From Paramecium tetraurelia (taxonomy: Eukaryota), in contig CT868096.1 in NCBI GenBank assembly GCA_000165425.1, positions 496,001 through 560,000 of the forward strand: 64,000 nucleotides of DNA, in the 5' to 3' direction. The position numbers and the translations under genes are program-made. The notes beneath the pieces were generated by a model. That model saw only the letters and a program-made list of their open reading frames with translations. It ran no database searches and was not told the DNA's origin. This document shows, one piece after another, positions 12,403 to 26,113 of the stretch (positions are counted from its first letter, which is position 1; each line of letters begins with the position of its first letter).

Positions 12403-14298
12403 TCATAATTAGAAATGCTCTTGTACTTTGGAAATATCCTCAGTTGAACGGTCCTCTTCTGGTTAGATGAGTTCCTTAATTGCATCATTATGAACAGCTA
12501 ATACAGCTCTGCCGGATTCGTCTGTATTTTTTTTGAAAGCTTCATCCCATTCCAAAGCCTAAGTGATTATTAACAATAGATTACTTTTTCGGTTGAACAA
12601 GCTATTGATCTGGCGTATGGAACAGTCAAAACAGAACTTTCACTTGGGAAATAGGAAGAGTAGATTTGTCTGAACCAATATTATTCCTTATCTCTTGGAG
12701 TGGACACTGGGTACTTGATGGATGCTTAAGAAAACTCTTAATCAGAGATTAACTGATTAGCCCTCTTAATAATACCATCTCTCCAACTATAACCAACTCC
12801 ATCACTAAACTGTTCCTTCTATCTCCATAAGATTTCTTATGGCACAAAAGGATGTTCTAAATCCTCAAAGGCTTTTCTTAGAATGTATTTTTCCATTTGA
12901 GGTTCAAAGGCATTAATCATCTTGTATTTAGGATCAATTTGCATAACATACTCAACCCATTATTTGTTCATAAAAGGAGGTCTAGTTTCAATACCCCAAG
13001 CCAAACAAGCCTTGTTGGCTCTGAGGAGATCATATTTATGCAAATCATGTAGTTTTCTGATTAATTCTTAATGAAATTCTACTCTGTTAGGTGCTTTGTG
13101 GAAATATAAATATCCACCAAATAATTCATCACTTCCTTCACCTGTTAAACATATTTTGATTCCCAAGGCTTTGATTCTTCTACACATCATATACATGGGT
13201 GTTGATGCTCTAATGGTAGTGTTATTGAATGTCTCTGTATGATATATGACTTCAGGTATATAATCTAACCCTTCATCGACCGTATAGGTGAATGAGTGAT
13301 GTTCAAAGCCATGGAATTCTGCCACCTTCTTAGCAAAATGTAAATCTGGAGATCCTTCCAATCCGATACAAAACGAATGAACTTTTCTCATTCCTCTCTT
13401 ACTCAAATCTATATCCCCTTTCTTTATTAATTTAGCAACAATTCCAGCCACTATTGAAGAGTCAACACTATTATAATCATTATAAATAAATACCCTCCTG
13501 ATATAAACAATCCAAAAGGAGCATCACCTTGAACTTCTCTTCTGACGACCTCCACGAATTTGTCTCTCAATTCTTCTAAAATGATTTCCCCTGTTGGAAT
13601 GTGATCAAAGTTATGCCAAGTTGGATTGTACCATCTCTTGATCTCATATGTCTCATCAATATAATGGCCTAAAATACTATTATATTTTATAACCTGGAGG
13701 GAACTATTTAACATCAATAACTTAGTCATGTATTCCTTTCAACTCTGATGACAAGAATAGTGATCCATCCTTATCATAACCATAATACAAAGGAATTATT
13801 CCGATATGATCTCTTCCTGCTTGAAATGTTTTCTTGCTCAAATCTATTAGAACTGTGGCGAACATACCATTAAGGTGGTTCCAGAAGTTGCCTGCCCCAT
13901 ACTATTATGTATTTTCTATTCATACTTCTTTATATAACATTCCGACTATCTCTGTATCCGAATTACTGCTAAAACGATATTTCTTCTCTAATTCTGGTCT
14001 TAAATCCCAGTAATCATATAGCTCTCCGTTTTACATAAAGATTATGTTTTAATCATCCAGTAATTAAAAGGGTTACCTGCCTTTGTCACTCAAATCAACT
14101 AATCCCAATCTTTCGTGAGAAATTACATGATACACACCTGGGCTTATTTCCTGAACTTTATGAGAATACAAATACAAGAACAATAATCTTAGATCTATCT
14201 GGACCTCTATGTCTTAATCTTCTCGACAGCTCGTATGCTTTCGCCCTTACTTCTACCTCTGTTCCTCTTATATTTAAAATGGCCAATATTCCACACAT
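12403..14298 (-). CDS. ASNS: Asparagine synthetase (glutamine-hydrolysing)
   Basis: MCGILA, RLRHRGPD, HERLGLVD, NGELYD, RDHIGIIPLY, SGG.DS, TTIRASTPMY, GEGSDELFGGYLYF, WRQKEQFSDGVG. Confidence 0.97.
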
Positions 14299-16346
14299 TG
14301 ATCAATTAAAGATTATATGCTTTCTGAACCTTGATAATCCCTTTAACATTACAGATAATCCGCAGTTTAATATGCCATCATTAATTAATTGACGAAGAAA
14401 CAGGAATACCTTACGAATTATATAAAAACGATTCAACATAATTTATAATAATTTGCATTATTTAATATTATAAATTATTTTAATTAAAATTCAAATTAAT
14501 AACGCATCATGAAAGTTATAAGGTATTAATCATTAATTATTACTCCAATTATTAGTACATTCTTTATTCCTAATTTCCACTCTTTTATTCATGTTTATCT
14601 TTCACTCTCAGCTGATTATGGATGAGTTAATAACATTTTATTGTTTCTAATATTTCTCTTTAAACTCATTATTGACCTTTCATTTTTTGTCAATCTCTCC
14701 GAGGTATTTTGGCTTTTTATTCAAATGCTCTCTATATTGGGGTGACATTAAGCACAAGGAAGATATAAAATTCAAAATTTATAAGTTTCTCCTATATTTT
14801 AAAATTACGAATAAAATATTCCAATATTAACTTACACATGATATATACATCAAATACACTTAGAATAAGAAATCTCTATATCAGATCTTGAGAAAGCAAA
14901 GAAAAATTTTAAAGAAACAATCTTAATATATCCTTTAGATTTTATAAATAATTTAAAGTTATTTTAATATATATTAATTATATGATGAGTAATTTATCTA
15001 TTTTAATATCTAACTAAAGTTGCTTTTTATATATCCTAAATATTTTTGCAATTATAGATTAATACATCCAATATGACAAAGTTTTGGAATAACTAACCTA
15101 GTTTAAGCTTTGTTTGATTGATATTGCTAGATGAAAATATTTATTTCTATTTTAATTAGGTTTCCCTATAAAAAAATGAGTTAACACTTAGATATATTTG
15201 ATTCATTTAAACAGAAGGATTATTAGTTGCGATTTAAGAATTGCTCTTCAATTTACAACCCTTAATAATTGATTGCGTTAAGCGTAATATGCATATTAGA
15301 GTGTTATTTAGCAATTGTTCACAATTTTATGTTGCATCGTTTTGAACTAAGATTATTTCATTTCTAACTCATGCTATTCAACAAAAGAAAAACGGCATTA
15401 ATTGTTTATATAACTTGATCTTTTATAATTGAATTCATAAAGATTGTACTTTTTATAAAGTACTCTAATTTCATTATCCTTTATTCCAATAAGATTCATA
15501 AAATAAAATCGGTATCAAACCTTCTGTATCATCCTCTAATAATATCAGATTATTTATTTCATATTTGCTGCTGCCTCTATTCAAGATTAGTCTAGTTTGC
15601 TATTGGTGTTTTAATAATTCAAGGGAGAATATCCTGTAACCCCCTTTAAAAATACAGAAGTTCATTTACATTTATGTCAGTTTAATTCGCTTTTTTACAA
15701 AATTGTAAATATAGAAATATAATGTTAGATAAAAAATCTAGAATAATCATTTTTTCTCATACCTGCTTTTAAATTTATAATAAAAAGTCTTTAAATTATT
15801 AATTCCAAACTTATAAAGAGAGGGAATCATGTTTTATGGTTTCATATTAAATTGAAATAGGTTTAATAAATAATTGCTAATTCTACTAAACGGATATATA
15901 TTACTATTTATTAGTTTTTAATTGATAGTGTTTAAACCCACATTTAACTTACACGTTTTAAGTAGGCTTTAAATGTATTATTTTGATAATTTTTGGTTAT
16001 AATATTTACATTCAATAACATCAAGTTTAATTTAATTCATACAATTTTGCTATATAAATGAAAAATTATTCAAATTAAACTTGTTTTTTATCAAAAGCTT
16101 TTCAGGATAATTATAATATATAAACTGCACTTTTATTTGGGGATTTCTAATTGAGATTCAATTTTCTTATTATTAGTCATTCAAAAACTTAACCCAATTT
16201 TAATAGATAGTTTAAGCAACTAAATATTGCTGAATTAAATGAAGGAGTTTAATATTTTAGTAGAATATCATTATCTTTAACTAAATAGAAAAATATTAAT
16301 TAAGATTAATATATTTTATTTTCAAATTAAATAAATTTGCTTTTAT

Positions 16347-16359
16347 AAAAAAAAAAAAA
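16347..16359 (-). terminator. Pol III oligo(T) terminator of tRNA-Cys
   Basis: T13 run on the minus strand beginning 3 nt after the tRNA discriminator. Confidence 0.8.
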
Positions 16360-16361
16360 GA

Positions 16362-16433
16362 AGGGAGCATCAGGGTTCGCACCTGAGACCTACAGATCTG
16401 CAGTCTGCTGCTCTGCTACTGAGCTATACTCCC
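16362..16433 (-). tRNA. tRNA-Cys(GCA), with non-canonical A18 and G55
   Basis: GGGAGTATAGCTCAGTAGCAGAGCAGCAGACTGCAGATCTGTAGGTCTCAGGTGCGAACCCTGATGCTCCCT folds to a full cloverleaf; anticodon GCA at 16399-16401; U73. Confidence 0.93.
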
Positions 16434-16499
16434 TTAACGATATTTTAGTGCTCACTTGATTAATATAGAATAGTTGACAATTGTTATTAGTATATATCA

Positions 16500-17227
16500 T
16501 CACCTTTTTTTCTCCTTATTATTATATACTGTAATTTAATTATTCAAATAGGAAATCTTTCCAAAAGGAATCTTGCTATCTTGCAATTTAATTTTTATAG
16601 AGACCTTAGAGTATCTAGTGTTCTACTTTTCCTCATTAAGGCTCTTTAATGAATTAATATTTCTATTCATATGATAAAATGGATGTTTTCCTATATTAGT
16701 TCTAAAAATGCTGTATCCAAAAAGCTTTTTGTAGCCTTTCATTAATTGAGCAGCATTATTTTACACAGTGGTTTTATAAGAATTATTAAATCTAAATTAA
16801 AATAAGTCAAATAAATCCTCATAATTACATTCTTCTTACCAAATATTAATTGAATCCTTTGATTAATCACTATCTGATTGATTTTAATCCTTACCAATTT
16901 ATATGGTAGAAGCAATATTTTGTTCTTTGTTTACCTTTTATAATTTATCCTCAATGAAAGAAATTGATCGTTTTTAAAGTTTTACTTCAAACTAATTATA
17001 ATAACTCTTTAATTTTGATGCTAAAATCATACAAATGTAATACGAGTTGTGTTCTACCTTTAAGTTCCTTTACCATTGTTATTTTTGTATTCTTATAGAA
17101 TATTTTACGAAGAAGGAATCTTATTTTATTTAGCTATTACATTTTCTTTATTACCTTATGATTTCATAATTGATAAAATAAATTGTGTGTTTATCTACTT
17201 CGAAATATGAATAAAATTTATACTCAT
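16500..17227 (-). CDS. Hypothetical protein (exon structure uncertain)
   Basis: MSINFIHISKVDKHTIYFINYEII..; frame recoverable only with several ~20-25 nt introns. Confidence 0.4.
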
Positions 17228-17276
17228 ATAATATTGTAACAGCTATATTTATATTTTTATAATAAATTAAATAAAG

Positions 17277-17711
17277 TCAAAAATATTATAATTGCTCGAG
17301 TTCTTCTGATACTCTGCTGTAATTTAAAATTTTTTTTTTTGAATCAAATGATTCTCTTAATTTTTTCGAAGTCTTACTAAAACTTAGAGTTTCTGAATTC
17401 TAAAAAGATTACTTTTTGGCAAATTAGAGAGATCTAGATCTTAAAGGTGTTTAAAATTGAAAGGATCTCGACAAATTTTTAAGATTAGTTTTCTTTAATT
17501 GGTAAATTGGAAATAGGTTTTTATCAATAGTTTATTTATTTTTAGGACTTTCTTAGGGAAACTCTTCAACAAATAATGAATTTTCTTCCTAATGCACTTT
17601 TTACTTTATTATCACTTTAGGCTTTCTTAAAATATAAAACTTTTGTGATGTCAACCTCCCATATCTTGAGAAGAATCCTTCAGAGTTGGCTTTTGTATCA
17701 AAAATGTTCAT
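17277..17711 (-). CDS. Small hypothetical basic protein (3' end approximate)
   Basis: MNIFDTKANSEGFFSRYGRLTSQKFYILRKPK..; K/R/S-rich code-6 frames, frame continuity not fully resolved. Confidence 0.4.
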
Positions 17712-18099
17712 GATTTGTGAAAGTCAAAAAGTAAAAAAAACTTATAATTATTATAATAATTATTTCTCTTTATAAGGCAATTAATAAGATTATACTCAAT
17801 CAATTTATGAATTACTTCTAAGGTTGAGCAATTTGAAGTTTAATTATAAAGTATGAATAAGAATTTGCGAATAATGATGAAACAAATGAGTCTTTCATAT
17901 ATTTTATTTATAGTTTTGAAGAAGAAATTAAATATTATTTTAAAATGATGGGTATTCTGTTTTAATTTACAATTAAGATTTTCTTATTAATTTATTTTTG
18001 TACAGCAGAAAATTTTGTTAAATCTTCTGAACAGATTTATAAATAAATATAAGGCAGAGGAATAAAAAAATAATGATTATTTAATGATAGCAATCCTAA

Positions 18100-19303
18100 T
18101 CATTTCTTTCCATAAGAAGTTTAGTTGGCCATTTCTAAAACTTATTATTTGAAGATATGAATAACTTCATCAATGATAGCATTTTCCTCTAAATTTATAT
18201 TATTTATTGATACCGTTTCTTCTATTTAATTCAGTCTCGTATATTTCTCTAAGTTCTTATAATGATGCTGTGGCTGCATTGATGGCATTTTAAGAATCTT
18301 TTAAGACGCTATTTGCTTTTGCTTAAACAGCTAAGGCAGCTTATTCTTACTATATTATAATATTTGATGATTACCACTACTAACTTGTCTTATAATAATG
18401 TTTTTCTTTGGATTTCATCATTTAAATGAGCAACCTCAGACTCTGTGTCAGCCAACCAATCTGCTAATTAATAATAAGCGGCAATTTCGTTAGCTTCCAA
18501 ATTAGCTAAAGATGACTTTAATTAATCTTCAAGATCAGATAAAGCATTGTATACTAATTAACCAACATTAAGTCCTGGTTATCTGTCAGATGATGATGAA
18601 GATCCTCCTTCTTATCCCAAGGCATGTAATTCAGCATTTCCTGATGCCTATTCAGCAGCTAATTATGCAAACTTTGTCATAGCATCTTAGTTGAAAAGTT
18701 GACTGTATTATTTCAATTTGTCTGAGACATTTTGCACATTCACTTCGACTAAAGATGATGGTTATCCAGTTAAATATCCACTCAAGTCATTCTTTAAGAC
18801 TCTAATAACACCTAAAGCATCATTATGTTATTTAATAGCTCTAACAAATAAACCATTTGAAAAGCATCTCAATTCTTATAATTCAACTGATCTTCTATCA
18901 ATATCAGCTAATCTTTATGTAGCCCAAGCGATATAATCTGTTGCTTCCTACACAATAATTCATACTATATTTACTCTGTATTCAATTCCGATTTATTCTC
19001 TTCTTGCTTTTGCACTAGCCCATGCTTTCTAATTTAACTCGTTGACTTTTGAAAGAGCAGCAATTCTAGCTTATCCAATTTCTTCATCTGAAATATTTTT
19101 TTCGTCAGCAACACCTTAAGCTTCAATGTTACTTGTTTTCAAATCATTCAATAAATCATATACTGCCTAGACTGCATCATTTGATTCTGATCCTGTCTAT
19201 TATTGTTTTTCACATTCATTACCTGTAATAATAGAGAGAAATCTATTTCGAAGGCTTATGTACAAACCAAAGCCAATAGCCCAACAATAATGAATTTATT
19301 CAT
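18100..19303 (-). CDS. Trichocyst matrix protein / granule lattice protein family precursor
   Basis: Signal peptide MNKFIIVGLLALVCTQA; DAVQAVYDLLNDLK; heptad-rich; ELRCFSNGLFVRAIKQHNDALGVIRVLK; ~370 aa. Confidence 0.8.
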
Positions 19304-19370
19304 TTATTAATATTAATAACTATGTATTATATAAAAACGGGTAATACTAATAAATTAATTATCTTAATAT

Positions 19371-22300
19371 TCATTAATTTAGCATTTTCTCCAACTCCCC
19401 GACTTTTTTCTCCAAAAGATTCATGTGATTAGTCTACTCTAACCTTAATTCAATGAATCTTATTTATTACTCACTCAAAAATTCAACCATAGGTTTCCAA
19501 TCAATATTTTATCTTCTCACTATAGATACAAATTGTTCTACAGTCTTGTCGAAATCAATTTTTAGTAATTCAATAATCTAATTTATATGAGTATCTCTAG
19601 ATCTTTTTTATTTTGCTACATTATTTTCTTAAAACTCTAACAACCATTATCTCAAAGCAGATTATTCATTTGTTAATTAAGTAATATATTAACAAACCTT
19701 CACTCCATCATTAAAATGCAATAAATATATCACTGTAGATTTTAGAGCTTTTAATAGGAAATCTTGAGACTCTTAAAATTCTTGATTAGGCTCTTATTTT
19801 TCACATATTAGCAAATATCTATTTATCTTTTCTAAAATTGCCTATAATTATTACCACTAAAATTAGCTTTTAACTTATCCCACTGATTTACTTAAGCATT
19901 TTGTTATTAAAGTATAAAATTATTTTGTTTGCTTTTAGGTTTCTTTCACTTTTATTAAACAATCTAAAAATCCTAAATACAAAATAGGTAGTTCTTAATT
20001 ATTTAAGATCTTTATTAAGCTTTGATTAATTAAGCTATAACAATTTCTTTGAGCCCCATCTTTGTTGCCTACTTTAGTTGATTCCTCTACCATTTTAAAA
20101 ATCAATGTATCAAATATGATATAGAATTTATCATATGATATTAACTTCAAGAATTAGCCTGTTGATAATATATATAAAAGTGTTTCTAATAATTAGTTTA
20201 GTTTATCACATGATTATTCTTTCATAAAATTGTTTAATAATACAATTATTTAATCTGCTAGTAATTAGGGATTTTCAAAATTATTGGTTTCTTTATACTT
20301 AAAGTATAACTACTAAAATATTTTAATATTTTAATCTAACTCAATTTCCATCGAATTTTGTGGTTATTGTATATTTCCACTGTTAATCTAAGAGTTAACT
20401 TATACATTATAGGGGGTACTTTTGGGTTAAATATTCTTTTTCTCTGAATTAGTTTATTCTGTTTTAGATTATTCTGCAACAAATAAAGGATTAAACCTTT
20501 AACAATTTTAAATTTGATCTTTATATGGGATCTCATTGTTTTACGATGTTTAAATTATCTATGACTTCTAAAATTAAGGAGAAGTTGCTTAAACAGTTTA
20601 TTTAGGAATGATTACACTCTCTTCTTTCCATAAATAAGATATCAACAAGGCAATAAGCTACTTTTATTAAAGAGTATTGCAAATATTCCAATCATTTGCA
20701 TTGTCTGCCATAATTTATATGACTTTATTTGCTTATTAATTGGATAATTCATCAAAATCTTCAAATACTATTGATATTGGCTGTTACACATAATACTTTT
20801 TGAATTCACTCAGTAAATTCATTAATAAGGGCAATGTTCTTTATGCTAGTTTTGGAACTCCAGCCCTTAAATATATCAATATCAACATTTTAATATATGA
20901 AAATATGATCTGTTATTCTAAGAATGTAGGTGTATGTTAGGTTATTAAGATTTAGAATAACTATGAAATTTCTTATTGTAAAGGAATATTTTCTTTCATC
21001 CAAGAAATCATATAAGCCCATTTAAAAAATATTTCGCTAAATTCACCTGGTTGTGTAATTTTGGCTTTTATATAAGCAGCTGCTTGTTAGTTTTATTATA
21101 TATTATAACTAAACATTTTTTCATAGAGCGCTTAAGGAATTTGAGGTACTTTTAATTAAGTTTTTATGCGCTCAAAATGTTAATCGCTAAATGTATTTAA
21201 AGGAAAAGGAATCATCTTCTTTTCCTCTGTTTAGACTTTTTTCACTTCAAATAATAATTTTAATGCATTTTGGCATTCTTGAACCAATGTTCTTGTTTTC
21301 AAATTAGATTGATGCTAATAAGTCTTAAGAAATTCTGAAATAAGCTACTAGTCTATATTTTTTTCGCTTTAAGGTATGTATTTTAACAAAATATTAAGAA
21401 CTTCTAGGAGCTAACTTTAAGTAGAGGCATTTTTAAAGGTTGTAATTAATTATGTTAGATGATTAGGTTAATAAGCCTATGCGATTTTATCAAATAATTA
21501 ATAACATAAAGGTTTTTACTCTGACATTTTGTCAATAATAAATTCCATAGTTACACTTAAAATGTAATTAGATTACTAAGTTATTTATAGTAAAATATTT
21601 CCTAATTCACTTTAATCTTTATTTTTAATTGACTTATACTATTTTAAGAAAGCATCAACCTGAAGTGAAGTCATTGTTGTTGAATATTATAATTATTATA
21701 CATCATTCTAATTTTGTTAGTTAATTGAAAGTGACTTATTCAATTTAGATTAAATAGATTATTTTTAAGAATTATTACTTGTATTTGTAACTTATAATTG
21801 TAAGTTTTCTTTATTAGGTATTAATTGTTTTTATAATAATTATTATTATTATTGTTATGGTTGTTGAAGTTATTATTGTTGTTGTTGATTTTATTATTAT
21901 AGGACTTCTTTTCCTGATGATGCAATTATTCCTTCCATATATATATTTACTTAATTTTAATATTTTGTATATTTGTCCCCTTTTAAATCAATAGACAGAG
22001 CCCCATTATATAATTTAGCAGATATTTTAGCCATCAACATGATTGACTTTGTTCTTACATCCGCATTACCATCCTCTGTAAATTTCTTACAAATTGGCAC
22101 TAATTATTTAATACACAAGAGTTTGTTCAATTTATCTTTAGGTGTCTCATCTAAATAATGTTCAATAATGATAAAAACATTAATTTTTGGACCTGGAGCT
22201 TTGTCTTCCAATAAGGCTTTTAGTTCTTCGAACAATTCATCAAGACTACAACTGTAAAACAGTTTTTTAATAGTAAAAATAGTTTCATCTACAATATTTT

Positions 22301-23408
22301 GTTTTTTGTCTTTTAACTTAGTCAAAACAGGGAGCATAATTATTTTTGCATATTAATTAAAGTTTTTTCTTAATCCATTGGCCATACATCCAATTATCTT
22401 GATACATTAAGTACTTATAATCATTTATTATTCATTCAACAATTTCTTTAATAATTATACAACTGAATATATATTTGGTGATGGCTGTATTTTAGGAACA
22501 GAACATGATTTCTATAGATTGTCTAATTGTTCCTTTTTCTCTTACCATTTTTCTAATTAAAATACTTTTTCACACCATGTTTCTGTATATTTTGAAAACA
22601 CTTCAACGGCATCTACCAAATCATACAGTTCTTAATTATTTGTTTCAGCCTCTTCTTCTTGATTAAGAGCCTTTTATACTTCAGTTATGGTTTCAGCTAT
22701 TTTTTTCAGTTCAAGTTGAAATTTTTCATTTAACCCTCCAAAAAAGGCTTCTATGTTTTTTCCATACCATTTGGTCACTTCCCTGTAAAATGCAATAGCA
22801 TCAGCTTTAACAGTGCTCTATTAGGCTTCAGTTAGCTTAGACATTACTGGAAAAAAAGGTTTTAAATTATCTAATTTTTTAAGTCCAAATTATTGCAACA
22901 ATTCTATTAACAAGGCGATTGTTGCTTACACAACTTTTGGGTTCTTATGAATTAGGTATTATATTATGATTTCAGAAAAAGCGGATTTGCAATTTGGATA
23001 AAGTTAAGTTGAAACTTGAAGACCAAGTTGTTTTAATTTAGGTTGTGTTAATACTTTTTCTAATAAAACCTTAATAATTTCTTTTTGATATGAACACTCT
23101 ATTTAGTTTTGTTTTTCAAAATATTTTGATGCTATCTAAAGAGCTTTCTCTTAGCATTGAATATGAATATCCTATATTATCTATATGACACATTCACTAT
23201 CCATTTCTTCATCGTTTGCTAATTCATCATAAGCTTAAAGCCTTACTTTCCAAACTTTAGATTTAATTCGTTACTTTAATGGTAAATCGACTTTTTCTTA
23301 TTATTGAGGATCAAAATCTAATTATTTATAATCAAAATTACCTGGTGGAAACTCCTCTAACATAAAATTCTTTTTTGACTGCCCAACCGGCAATTCATCT
23401 ATTTGCAT
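19371..23408 (-). CDS. XMAP215/ch-TOG/Dis1 family microtubule polymerase (TOG/HEAT repeats)
   Basis: TOG1 LPLKQRIKSKVWKVRLQAYDEL; TOG2 YDLVDAVEVFSKY..EKWQEKKEQL; LPVLTKLKDKKQNIV; 4038 nt, consistent with no introns. Confidence 0.88.
21833..21900 (-). repeat. Coding polyGln tract (TAA/CAA codons) in the TOG protein linker
   Basis: (tta)n/(ttg)n runs on the plus strand. Confidence 0.8.
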
Positions 23409-23511
23409 TTTGAATTTATTTTATATAAAATTTTTAATTCCTGAACATATTATTGTTAAATTGTTCATTATAAAATTTATTAGAGTAATTTTATAGTCAT
23501 TTTATTTTTAT

Positions 23512-26112
23512 ATGGAGATGGAAATAAAAAACTTCCTTTTTGTTTGAATAGGGATAAAATATAATTTGTGTTTTTTTAAAGGGCATGTGAAGATTAAACA
23601 AAAGACAAATATATTAGCATATATTTAGAGAAATAATATTAGGTTAATATTCTATTCTAGAAGTGGCTTTTAGGATTTTGATCCCTTTCAATTTACATAA
23701 TTGGAACAAAGAAATTAAGAAATAACTTCAGCTTTAATTTATTATCAAATGTCTACTATTCTTTAAAATTTCATTCCCTCTTCACACTTCTTCATCTGAT
23801 TCAGGAATTATGCTTCAAAATGTTTATTTCTTATATTTAGAAACAATTGTTTCTCAGATGATTTCAAGATTAATGATTTTGCGCTACATTTGAAATTTAG
23901 GCCTTTAAGAGTTTTGTATTTTAGGTAGACAATAGATTTTATTATTGTTATTTTGACAAAGGTGTAATAATCTTTAACCAAAATCGTCCTTTGCTAATTA
24001 TTGCTGATAATAACAGAAAAAATAGGGATATCATAAATATTCCAAGATATTTCCTAAGTTTTCTATGAGTCTTGCAAGTATTTTACAATAGTCATTTAAT
24101 GATTATTATCACTTTCCATAGGAAGGTATTATTAAGATGTGATTATTCTAAGTTTGGTTCCTTTTTTAATTGCTTTGTTTGTTCTATTAATAAATTATTT
24201 TTTTATTATATACTTCTGATTAGGAATATAAAATAAGGAGAAAATAAAATAAATTCAACATTTGAGAGATGGATTTCAATTGTTTTAAATAGAACAAATT
24301 TGTATGATTAAGACTCTTATTTTGATTAATATTTTTATTATATATCTAACTGTTAATTTCATGAATGATTCTATGGGATCTCTGTCAACTAATGATTCTT
24401 CAGAAGGATAAGAAAGAAAGAAGAAGAAAAACAATGCAATATCTAAAAAAACAACCAGACCATTAAATATTAGTTATAATGAAGTTGTTCAATTGCTGAA
24501 TCCATAAAATTTGTTTATTAACAAAAATTTAGAAGAATCATTCAATGTCATTCAAATGTATCATTAAACTTATCTCCATAGAATTCATCAATCTTCATAT
24601 TTTCCTAACTTTAAATTTATATATGATGAAAATTTAGTTTGCTCAGAAATAAAATGGGACCGTTTGCCCACACTGGTCAAATTAACATCATGATTATTGC
24701 TTCGGCATTTAGTTAGAAATTTAATATTATTTATCACTTAATTAAGTTTTTGCAGCTACGAAAAAATTAAATTATTTTTATCTTGAGAGCATCCAAATTT
24801 TTGGAGATATATGTTTTTAAAAATAAAAAGGATGTATATTTTAGATTTCCTATTGATTTTTATCAAAAAAAATTTCTTAATTTAAAGGAGTTAAGGAATG
24901 CAAATTTAACCTCAGGATTAAACTACTATTCGACAATCTACTGTTAAATATGCTCATTTTAAAGTATTATGAATAAAAAACTTAGTATATCTTAACTTGC
25001 TTTCTACCTCTTTTTAATAAGATTAGAATGAAGGTGCTTTTAGGAATTTCTTAATTTAAGAATTTAATTAAATTTAAATTATATTATCAATTATTTTTTC
25101 TACTATTTTATATTGATATTCTACAATAATACCAAATAGTATCTATTTGTCATTCGATTAATAATATATATCTATAATTTTTAGGATCATTGTTCACTTT
25201 TTTAAATTAAATAGTCTTGAATTTGTTGATTTTGTTTCATGAAATTTTATCATACTAAGATAGATCTTAAATCATTAATACAATTTTTTTTCAAAATTAT
25301 ATCAGAAGGTCTATGTTTTCATAGATTAATCCTTTTTCTTGTAAAATAAGTTGCCATATGATGGCTCTACAATTTCCAACTTAATTAATTTTTAATGGCA
25401 AAAATCACGGTACAAATAAATTTTATCTATAATCATAGATTATTTTATTTGAATAAAATGATCAATAGAGATTTAGAATTATCACTTTATAAAAAAAAAA
25501 TAGATCTTGATTATAGTAAAATTTAACACAAATTTGGATCCATTAACAAAATTTCACCTGATAAGTTACAATATCATTAAAATAATCTATGTTGTAAATT
25601 GTTTAAGAATGCAAATAAAAGAAAAAGCATTTAAGTTAGAATTTAGACTATCGATCCACTTGTAGAAAAATATATTATAGAAAACAGTGGAAAATTTTTC
25701 AATAATGTCACAAAATAAAGTTTAACACACAATTAAGGGAAAACACTATGCTATGTAACTTGGAATGGTACCTCTTTCCTCTCGATCGAAAACTCCAACC
25801 TAAAAGACTTACAGTTATTAATAAACTAATAGTCTGTTTTATTAAGAACCAAGGACTCAAAAAGTTAAATCTTCTCGTGCCTATTCAGAATAAAACACTT
25901 GTATTGAAATTCAAAAGGCTTGTTCGGCTTAATTGGAGGAATAAAAGAAATTACAAGGAATATATTAACGATTGCTAACTTGGAATGCTAATCAATATGA
26001 TAATAATTTTGTGAGACCACAAAGCTGTAAAAATCAAAATTAGAGATAATATTAACTTATAAATGAATTTAATGAGAATATTTTCAAACTTTCAAGTTCC
26101 TTTAAAGACTGA
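23512..26112 (+). pseudogene. Decayed multi-pass membrane protein gene, possibly two-pore/voltage-gated channel family
   Basis: Long coding-like frames with hydrophobic segments and an S4-like LKFRPLRVLYFR, interrupted by in-frame TGA and frame changes; tail frame ~25458-26112 largely open. Confidence 0.4.
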
Positions 26113-26113
26113 A

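Noticed and set aside
17873..18030. ATGATGA ... CTGA as a box C/D snoRNA
   Set aside because: No terminal stem or identifiable guide; box spacing unconvincing in AT-rich DNA
21833..21900. (TTA/TTG)n array as a non-coding repeat or CRISPR-like element
   Set aside because: It is an in-frame polyGln linker
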